Shown: positions 1 through 11,300 of the stretch, piece after piece | How positions within the stretch are numbered: the first letter of the stretch is position 1 | Layout: the number at the start of each line of letters is the position of its first letter | DNA from: Chrysomallon squamiferum | Lineage: Eukaryota; Animalia; Mollusca | Reading direction: 5' to 3' | Assembly (NCBI GenBank): GCA_012295275.1 | Contig: CM022669.1 | Location: 19,282,001-19,346,000, forward strand | Length of the DNA stretch: 64,000 nucleotides | Program-made: the position numbers and the translations under genes | The notes under the pieces: generated by a model | What the model was told of the DNA's origin: nothing | Seen by the model: the letters and a program-made list of their open reading frames with translations, nothing else | Databases searched by the model: none

Positions 1-374
1 TTTCTTTATTATTTTCTAATTAATAAAGGGTCAGTTAATTTATCATAAACCAGAGATCTGCACCGTGAGTTCAGTGAAAGAATCTGAGATAAAAAAGAGG
101 ATAATGTGAAATGTTAAACGTACCTGAGACATTTGTGTTTGTTCTTTCAAATTAGTATATCAGTATTTTGGGGAGGTATAATCGCTCACAGCACGAATGA
201 CAGCAAACTAACACTGTTATAAATGATTTAAAAGGCGCCATTTTAATCCTTATGTCATATAATCATTGTTTTTATTATTATTATTATTATTTTTTTTTTT
301 TTTTTAACGACACTAGAAGAATCTTTTTAGTAAGTCGACTATTGAAAAATGTTGTACTTAAAAGTGTGTATATG

Positions 375-828
375 CAGCAGTACCTCGACTGCCTTCAGCA
401 GTACCTTTTTTGTCTGGCCATGGATATTAACAAAGTGAGTGCAAAGGACATTGAATTAAAGCTTGAATTCATAGAAAAACATGAGCGAGGTGATGACGTA
501 GTCAACTTGGCTGACTAGTACGAGCTTAGTACTTCTACGATATGTACCATACTGAAGATTAAGGAGTCGATAAAGGCTGTAACTCCAGCCAAAGGCTATA
601 AAATAGTTTGTCTGATCTGCAAGATAAATACAATTGAATCCTTTACGTTCTCTTTTTGTTTTATTTTTTATACAATATATGTCATTTATAAATATATTTT
701 TCTCAATTAAAATACGGATAAATGGTATTTCAGTTAATTTCATTTGAGAAAATTGATTTGATATATGAGCAAATTGAAATATAGCTCGGTCACGGAAAGA
801 ATTAAACTCGTAAGTCAAGGTACCACTG
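375..828 (+). mobile_element. Internally deleted Tigger/pogo (Tc1-mariner superfamily) DNA transposon
   Basis: Left end CAGCAGTACCTCGACT; right end AACTCGTAAGTCAAGGTACCACTG followed by TA. Residual N-terminal HTH peptide: IELKLEFIEKHERG...STICTILKIKESIK. Confidence 0.8.
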
Positions 829-1567
829 TATATATATTATGACGGTAAACCGTTTTTTATATCACACAGCAGGGCCCTAAACCAAACCCTAATAGGGCCT
901 CTATCAATCTATGGAAAGTTTTAACAGTGATAGTCAGTTGTACTGTTTACTGTGTTTATTTAACTTAGAAAATTGGTCCTAACTTACTTATTAAACCACG
1001 GATCGCAATTTAGGTTATATCTACTTGTACAATTCGCTAGTAGCTATTTTTGTACTTATTATACTAAATAATATTATTATACTTTTAAGGTACAGTTTAT
1101 GAAAATGTCGGTAACATATTGATTATTTACCTTTATAGCTTACTTTAATACCTTCTAATATCTCGGAATTAATCTGTATATATCATTAAAGTAAGAAAAT
1201 ATGTTACCCATTCGTTTCTGTAAATCTTTCTAACTGTATGTATCATGCGTGGAAATTAAAGTCGTGTTTCTCATCTCTCTGAGAACATATATAATGTTTA
1301 TTAGTATTAGAAAATATTTTATCCGTTTTATCAATGTAATTTATTGCTAAAGATACGTGAAAAAGAAACTAAGGTAAAAAGACAAAAAATAAGAGTAAAA
1401 ATATAAGTGTAGAAAGTGAACAGAAAATACGGATAAGCAGTAGCCAAGCTGGTCAAGAAGTCGCCATACCGAGGATGTCAAGTACACAGAACAAGGAGAT
1501 GTTCATCAGCACCATTTTATCAGTAACCACCAATTCAACAGTATGCCGCCACCCAGCAGTCTCGGCA

Positions 1568-1570
<3 letters not shown>

Positions 1571-1642
<72 letters not shown>
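1571..1642. repeat. (TA)n microsatellite
   Basis: Pure TA run. Confidence 0.95.
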
Positions 1643-1645
<3 letters not shown>

Positions 1646-1849
1646 ATATGCGTGCACACATACACATACACAAACAGACACAAACACATATGTAATATTC
1701 AGCCGACACAGTTTCTTAATTGCACGATCACCGGGTCCACTAAAGATGTAACCCACAGACAGAAAACGAGCTGTATTTTGAAAGTTAACACCTATTTTAT
1801 GCTAGACTCCATGACAGTATATATATTTACTCTTGCTTTTTCTTTGTAG

Positions 1850-2425
1850 GCCATGTTGTAATAAAATAAACTCCGTTGCTCAGTTCCGAACTGAATTTAG
1901 CAAAATATAAACAGTGTTACCCCTTTCCTGGTTGCAAATACTCCAACGATTGTAGCTGTCTTTCATACTGGTTACAGCTAACGGAATGGCAAGGAGTCAA
2001 GGATATACAGGTTATATGAGAAAGTATAACTGAAAAAATGCATGTCATTGTTTCACATGTTCAGTCATGTTTTATCTACAGCGGGATCTTTTCTTTGCTT
2101 TCTAGTGACTAAAGTGATAGCTAATTTATTGTAAACCAGAAATCTGCACCGGCAATGCAGTGGAAGTGTTTTATATGAAAAGTGGGATAACATGAAATGT
2201 TAACTGTACCTGAGACAGTTGTGTTTATTCTTTCAAATTAGTTTATAACTTTTTGGGGGACGTATAATCGCTCACAGCAATGAATGACAACAGAAGATTT
2301 AAAGCGCCATTTTATTTTAGTCGCGTTATGATTGCTTTCTTTTTTTAATCTTTTTTTTTTTTATCTCACATTAGAAGACTGTTTTTAGTAAATCGACTAC
2401 AGAAATTCTCATAAAAGTGTGTGTT
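1850..2425. repeat. Third copy of a non-coding module also found at 1-370 and 17570-18300
   Basis: Shared blocks TACTGGTTACAGCTAACGGAATGGC, AGCGGGATCTTTT, TACCTGAGACA, CGCTCACAGC and GCGCCATTTT. This copy lacks the Tigger insertion. Confidence 0.85.
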
Positions 2426-2426
2426 T

Positions 2427-2427
<1 letters not shown>

Positions 2428-2512
<85 letters not shown>
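2428..2512. repeat. (CT)n microsatellite
   Basis: Pure CT run. Confidence 0.95.
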
Positions 2513-2515
<3 letters not shown>

Positions 2516-5358
2516 ATGCGTTCTAACGTAGAAGTCTTAGGGAAATCAAAACAGTTCCTTTGATGCCAACGATATGCAGGTTATATGAGAAAAAAAACTA
2601 TAAAAAAAAACACACGTCATATCCTCACACGTTCAGTTACGTATTGTACGGGTTCACATCATACATTCATAGGGTTAAAAATGTTCAGACATGTTCCCTC
2701 TGCTGTCATATTATATGACACTATTTCTTATTATTTTTAATTTGTTTTCAAATAATGTAATTTAGAAGAAAAAAAAAAGAAGAAATAATGTGTCTAAAAC
2801 AATTCTGAATTATCAAGAAGGATGTTTAAGATATTCTTGTCAAGGTTGTAATTTTGTATTTAATTATTTATTTTTTTATTGACTTTTTTGCTTTTATTTA
2901 TTTATTTATTTTTTTTTCTTTCCTTTGGCTAATAATTTTTTTAATATTTTTTTTTTTCAGATAACACCACATGAATGTGAAAAGTTAAAAAAAAGACAAT
3001 TGAAGAAAGGGAGGAATATTTATTAAAATGTCTCATAGTTTTGAATAAAAGACTTTTTTGAAAAAAAATATATATTCTTTAATGTATACAGGTTCATCAT
3101 AATCCATTTTTATCAGCTGTTTTTATTACAACTTTTTTCTTTTCTTTTTAAACCAAGTGTCTTGTGCTATGCACCTGATTAAACATTTTCATTCATTCCT
3201 AAATGACTTAAGAACAGTGTAAGATTTACAAATTCTTAAGCCAAAACCTTTAACCAGTATTAAAACTGTTTATTCAAAAGAAAAGATAATTTAAATAATA
3301 GGGATTTGTCATGTGAAAGTGTGACGCTAGATTCATACTGTTAATGTTACATACTTGCTGCTATAGTTCTTGTCTTCCATAGAACTAATTGATTCAGCTA
3401 TTACCTAGATTTTCTCTGTTCATTATAAATAGTTTATAAAATATACAGACTAAAATTTATATGTATGCATTTCATAAATGTATGTATGTGTCTATGTGGC
3501 TGTTTAGTTACATAATATATAAACATGTCAACACATATTTTCTAAGGTGTAATTCATATGGGTAAAACTTGTATTATGCACATTCTGTGAGAACCAGAAT
3601 GTGTCAGAAAGTACTTTTAAAGCATTTATTATTTAATACTAAGATAATGAACAAAATTACCCATTTAACAAATCTGGTACAAGATTTATACCAAAACATT
3701 GCTGAACATTGAAGATGATCTGAAACAATTACACTGGACTCTAAATTCAAACAATATATGTCAAATTCTTTATTCCAGTATAAACTATTATTTCTGACAG
3801 ATATTCTGAATGCAATTACTTTGATTTGCATTTATGTGTGAAATAAACAGCATTTATTTACTTCATTTAGAGTCTGTACTGTTTTGTTTCGTTTGGTTAT
3901 TGGGATAGTAATTTTAGAGTCTGTTTTATTTATACAGCAAAATATCATGTGTTTGAGATGTTCCAAATACAAAGAGAAGAATGTTAAAGTAAAATGAAAT
4001 TAAAAAATTAAGTACAAAATTAATTTAAATAAAATAAATAAATAAATAATAATAATAATTAAAAAACGTGGAGACAGGTTTTTGAGAATTTGATTAATTG
4101 TTTCTTTCAGGCCCTTGTAAATGTATATGGTCACTTTTATTCATTTGAAATAGGAATTCTGTAATCAACAAAACATTTTATTGTCTTTATTAATCAATAC
4201 AAAACATTGATACAGGTCTCAAGTTACATGGCCAAGTACTGAACTTTAACTAACACCAGCAGTCATTTGAAAATTTATTATTTTGTTTATATTTTGCTAA
4301 AAATGGGTTTATATATGCATTTCCTCTTTGTTCCAGTGAAGAAACAAATAGATACTAATCCTAGTGTGTGTTTTGGAGCACTTTTATGAACACTTGTTTG
4401 CATCATGCAAGAAATCCTCCAATTTGTCTGGACCTGTCTCTGGAACTAAACTTGATACAAGGATCAATGACAAAATGAAGCTTATGGAATCAGGAATTTG
4501 AAAATGTTTGTAATTCCAGTCAGCCAAAATTTGATAAATGGGTAAATGAAGTAAAAAACAATTCTATTTTAAGACTTATTTGATGTGATGGGTCACAGTT
4601 AGTAACAACAGAATAAACTACTTAAGATTATTATGATAAAATATTAATATGTTAGGTACAAAATAGAGTTTGATAACAAACTTTGTCAGTCTATATTTTA
4701 GAAGATTTGCAGTCAACACATCATGACAGAAAACAATGATAAATTACATTATATGTAACCTCTATAAAAAATTGTATATTACATCTGAAAACAAAATTAA
4801 TAAAGTAAAATAGCTGCAGGAATAGATAATATCACACCAATGCTTGTAAGAATAACACCAGAAAGTATACTGATATCTAAAACAGTACATTATTTGCCAT
4901 ACACAATACACACAGTAAATGAGATGACAGATTATGATCTTAATGCTAATAACAATAATAATAACATGCATATTGATATTCAAAGAAGAATACAGTAAGT
5001 GTTTGTCATACATTCTGTACATTAAATGAACTGACAGGATACAGAATATCACATTAGTGCTAATAACCAGAACAATGACACTGCCATGTGTACTGATGTA
5101 AAAAAAAAATATAATATGTATTTGTTTTGATATATTTTGTTGTCTTAATTTACAGCTTTACAGAAAATGCTTCTAAACTAATTTCTTTTTCTCATTCTTC
5201 TTATTATGTTGTTCTCTTGTTATTATCATCATTATTATTTATATAATTATCATAATCATCATCTTTATTATGTTATCACCATCATTATAATCATTATCAT
5301 TTTCTCATTATTATTATCATTTTTACAGTTTATTATTATCATTATCATTTACTTTATG

Positions 5359-5426
<68 letters not shown>

Positions 5427-5449
5427 ATTGAAATTACTTGTAAGAGTGC

Positions 5450-5822
5450 AATCTTTCAACTGCAGATGAAAATTTTGTCAATTCTTCCAAACTGGAGCCT
5501 GGAAAAATAAGAAACTAAATATTTACATTCAGTGTATTCTGAGAGTTCAACACGAAATGGTGCGCTTTTCATAGTTTGGAGATAATCAAAACTTTGAAGA
5601 TAATTTTAATTAAATATGTTAACGACATTAATGTGCAGTCATAAAAAAGAGAAATTAATAGCTATTTAATTATGATACAGTCTCAAAACTTTCCTGTATT
5701 TTTATTTTTGAAAACCATAATGTGAGAAAAACAAAACATGCAGTTAATAATTTGTTGTGTGATAACTAAATAAAAAAAAATAAAAAATGGTACTGTAGAA
5801 ATTGTTATTTAACAATGCCTTA

Positions 5823-5867
<45 letters not shown>

Positions 5868-6103
5868 CAATATAATAATTATAACAATAAAAACAGGTGA
5901 TTAGTAGATATTGAGGAAAGCATTATATGTACACATATATATATATTATACATAATAATGTGTCTGTATTATTTATTAATTATTTATTTAATTTGATGTG
6001 TGGAATTTTAAACTACAATTTTAACAAGTAAGAAGTAAACAAACCCTGAATGACAGTGTGTAAGAACTGTAACTGTTCTCCAGTCAACTTCTTCAATGAG
6101 GTG
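5450..6103 (-). pseudogene. Decayed SAM-like tail exons of paralog A
   Basis: 6106-6045 matches the paralog B exon NTSLKKLTGEQL but carries a 2-nt deletion. 5498-5450 matches APEF...EELMKFS but carries a ~43-nt deletion. The preceding exon is absent. Confidence 0.8.
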
Positions 6104-6291
6104 TTACTGAAACAAACACAGTGATAAATTCTTCTTTTTATAATTTGTTTTGCTTTATCATAAATTATATGTGGATTAAAAACAACTGTTCAATTAAATG
6201 TTGCTTACATTTTTAAATATAAGCTTGAGTCATAGTCTCTGTATGTGTGTCTGTGTGTTTGCATCTGGGAGTGTGCATCAGTGTGTATATG

Positions 6292-6353
<62 letters not shown>

Positions 6354-6787
6354 AATAACCTATGGCTGATGATGATAAATATAATATTTTTAACATCTGT
6401 TTACATGCACTAAAAGATTAAGCGAAGAACTAAAAATTTGCTGTATATCAAATCTGTAAATTTTATTAACTATTTCACTGATTCATCCTGTTAGTGACAA
6501 GTCAAATATTACTAATGTGCTAACAATATCATTAAACATTCATTTCACTGTTATTATGTTTTAGGATGTATCTAATAAAAAAAGAATTGATAATAATGAT
6601 TACAATTTTTTTTTAATATAATAATTTATACTGCATATCTGGATATTTTCACTTGTCATTAAGTGTTAAAACAATGAAACAAAAGATAATAATTGAGAAA
6701 AAGAATAGCTATTTTGTGGGGGGGGGTAAACATTTTTATTTATCTATTCTTTTTTCTTTTTCTTTTATTTATTCACTTATTTATTTA

Positions 6788-6819
<32 letters not shown>

Positions 6820-8069
6820 TATTTTTTTTTTTTTTTTTTCAATTTTATTATTCAGTTAATTAATTAATCAGTTAACTTATAATTAACATATTATGATACA
6901 AACTGTAGGTAATCCTGCTTTCACTGTTTTGCCTCTACTTCCAAGTTCCTTTATGAGTTGACTTAATTTTTCGTCAAAAGGACATGTGCCACTGAAGTCA
7001 AAATAGAGTTTAGTCCCTATGATAATTCCCAGCCAACCCTCAGGTTTGAAATTTTTCTGCATCATAAGCGGTACAATATCTTTCTTTAGTTTAACTGCAT
7101 ATTCAGCTTCTGTTCAATTAAAAAATATAATAACAATAACAACAACAACAACAATAATAATAAGGTGAGTAAAAGAGAACAAAATTGAAGTAAAAGTACA
7201 TTTGATTCTACATAACAGTAACCAAAACCTATTACTATTTCTACTACTACTCTATTACCACTACTACTATTACTACCACTACTATTATTACTGTTGCTAC
7301 ACCACCACAACTACCACTACAGTTACAACTACAACCAGTATTACTGCTAACACCATTACAACTACCACTACTACTACCAGTGCTACCAGTATCACCTATA
7401 TTACCAATACTAGCCCTCCCAATACTACTACCACCACTGCACTACAAAACTTCTACTAGTAATATTACTACTATCATTATTACTACCACCACCACTACTA
7501 CCAGTACCACTATAGCTACCACTAGAACACAACCACAACCGTTACTAGTATCATTCCTACTCAACTACTTCCACCACCACTACTACTACTACCAATTCTA
7601 GTCAATACCATTGCTACAACTAACCCTGGTTGCAGTTCTCACTTTTGTTGTAACTAGCTGACATACAAATGAGAACAACAGCAGCATTCTCAACACCTTC
7701 GGCCATTGCCTGTTCATTGGATCTGTTGTCCACATCCATCCACACATCAAAATTAGCTCTCTCAAGAGCCCTTTTTACCTGAGAAGCAAACAAGAGCACA
7801 TAAACCTGATTATAAAATAATAAATTTTAACATTTTGTGTTACATAAATAAATTTTAAAATTCATTACAATGAAATAATGTAAATTTAATAATTATATTT
7901 TGACAGGAAAATTAGCTGTTTTTAAATATCTTTTATAAAGTGAAAAATTTATTTAATGACAAAATAAATCTGACTGAAAAGAATAGTTACATTTTATTTA
8001 ATAAGCAATAAATTTAATAAAAGCAATAAATAATTCAATGTGTTGTTCACAGAAACAAGCATAATTTTT

Positions 8070-8117
<48 letters not shown>

Positions 8118-8362
8118 CACTCAGATGTACATATATTCAAACCTCATTGCACATGCATACACTTTATTTTAGTTTTTCACCTGTGTGACTGTTCTTTGTT
8201 CAGCCTTTGCATAACTTATCATAACATGCCTCTTTTTTTCATCATCTGGAATAAACAATAATAGTCATCTGTAATTTACAATCATGACTAAGTTATAATT
8301 ATTATTTATTATTCTTATTTTTATTGCTGTTGTTGCTGCTACTGCTGTGGCTGCTGCTAATG

Positions 8363-8398
<36 letters not shown>

Positions 8399-11300
8399 CA
8401 TCATTTCAATTCTTATTAATCTTCCATACCTCGAAGTTTTCTCTCCTCTTTTGTGAAACCTAAAGCTGAGAGGGCATCATTGGCAGCTTTGGAGAATTCT
8501 TTGTTTTGTGATATACAAAAACATTTGAGCATTCTCATTAATTCTTTATCTTTCTACAGTTAAAAAAAAAAATAATAATAATTATTAAAACTTAAATCAA
8601 CTGTATATTTTAATTATATTTTGATAAAGAAATATTGGAAATGTACAAGAAATGTGCAGTATTCAAAATATGCTACGAAAAATAAAACATCATTTTAGTA
8701 AAAAAAAAAAAAGAAAAAAAAAGGCAAATCTATAAACTTTACAAGCTGTTTACTGAAATATTTTGATGAAGGAAAATAAGAGAAGAATTGATAAAATAAA
8801 GGGGAAATTGCAGCAGACGATTTTTTTTTCCTTTGTTTTATTTATTATTAAAATTATTAATTTATATAACATCAACAATACACACATTAGTAGAAATTTC
8901 TATTTTTTTTTTTTTTTGTTGTTTGTTGTTGTCTTTTTTTACCTAGTTAATAAATAATAATTATAATCACAGTAACATATGAAATAAATGTCAGCTGAAG
9001 AAAAATATTTAATATTAATACTTACAAGAATTATTGTCTTGTTTTCTTTGCCAAAACACAGTTCCTTGATGCACTCAATGGCTGGTCCCTTTACATCATC
9101 ATTTCCATTTTTCAAAATTTCCATTAACACAGGAAGTGTACCAATTTCAATCAACAGTGTCTTGTTTTTGTCATTCTTTGCCAGACCTTTCATACCTGCC
9201 ACAAGCGTATCCAAATGAAACACATCGTGTTGATGATTAGCACTTTTCCAGGCATGTTTAATATACCTGAGTAAAGTCTCATACACCTCCTTTTCAGCAA
9301 TAAGAAGATGGTTCTGGTCCTTACTGATTATGTATGCAAGTGTCAAAAGTACAATAATCTTAACCCCTGAAATAGATAAATACATAAATAAATTAAGAAA
9401 TTAAGAAATAAACATAGGAAACCAAAAAAGAAAGAAACAAATAAACTAATGAATGAAAAAATAAATAACTAGAGAAACAAATAAACTAATGAATGAAAAA
9501 ATAAATAACTAGAGAAACAAATAAACAAACAAACAAACACAGAAAAAGAAAGAAAGAAAGAGAGAAAGAAACAAGCAAATAAATAAAACCAGAAAAAAAC
9601 ACACACCCAGAAAAACCCGAATAATAAAACAAAAAATAAAATAAAGCAAATTAATAATAACAAAAGTAGGCAGTGCTATGTGAGTGTTAGAAAAAAATTA
9701 TATTTTACAGAACAAATATATATATGACAGCTGCCAATTACTTCCCCTGTCATTCTCATGCATGTGGGTCATTTTGTTTAGTCATAATATAGACTTAAAA
9801 ATGCATACCTGCGTGGATGATTGATACAATGCATTACAATGTACATTTTCAACATGTATACACTTCTCTGAGACAAAAAACTCATCTTTGGAGCTAAAAC
9901 CCACCTGACATGTCTGAAGGAATGCCTGAAGGATATGAAAAGATGCCAAATGGCATGACATGTTCTACACAATCAGGCTCAAAAGGTTAACAGGTATGTC
10001 AGGAACTCCTTGAAATCCTCTGGTGAAATCCCCATTGAGCACATGGCAATTAGAAGTTTAAGACAAACAAGTTTCTTCATCTGCATTTCTTTGACAATCT
10101 GAAGCTTTCAAGTTGGACACAATGTCAGATATTGATATATAAGCATTATGTTTTGTTCATAAAACCTATTAAGTCATTTTATCTTGACATGTGGCCTTGC
10201 CAATGGTTTTGAACAAGGTTTCAGTCAATAACAGTACAATCCAGTCTGAAATCAGACTTCATCAAGTGATGTACTGCATAATGTATTTGTACACCCAGTT
10301 TTTGGCACTGAGTATGAAAAAGGTCTACCTTCACCTTGATAAACTGTGATTTATACTTGAGAAGATTGACATAAATGCCCAAGGCTTGTGGGCCTTTGGC
10401 AATGACACATGTACTCTGCTGCCATTTTATGACCTACTTAACTTTACTGAAAGGGTTTCAGGGTTTGATTTGATATTTAGGAAAGCACTGACTTTGTTCT
10501 ATTGAACTGAAGGTGCAGGCCAATACTGAACATTATTATTTCTTCCAGGACTAACTGCAGCTTTTACTCTCCTGAAAATGTGTTATCAACACCATCATAC
10601 CAAAAAGGAGTTGTTGCGAAGTGTTTGGAAAACTGAGGAAGTCGAACTCCTCACTCTTCGAAGTGGGATCAAAACACAGGACATCAAGAGTATTCTTCAC
10701 ATCATGAACAAGAATTTTTAATCAAGTTTTCAACGTTGCGGAAAAAATGTTCTGAACCCCTTAATCACCATCCTAAGCAAGCACGCACTAGATCTTTAAG
10801 AATTGTTAGCATGGGCACTTACAAATGCTTAGTAAATCCAAAGACATTAGTGCCAGGAGACAAATTGTGCTGTGACTGTTTGATTAGCCTTCAGAAATCA
10901 AAGGTCCAAACACCTGAGGAGGATGGCTTTAGTATGGGTGGTATTACTATGGGAGAATTTGATGATAACTTGTCAGACAAACCGCCGGTTGTTGTTTCCC
11001 CAGAAAAGGACTTTGATTTGAATTCTATCGTGCCGAGTTTAGGTGGTACTCCTGTCCTGTTAAACTCCAATCACTAGCATATTCCAGTAGAAAAATGAAA
11101 GGACAGAAAAAACTAGCATCAGCTACAGTAACATTAAAATGACATCTTGAAACAGTCTATGATATTTTGCTTCAATCTCCTGAAACTGACCTTGACTCAT
11201 CAGAAAAATTGAACCTTCATTTTTTCAGGAACATGTTGGAGGAGTTAAAAGAGAAATTCAACAAATCCGAATCCTACCCAGAGCGTGTGCAAATCTTGAC

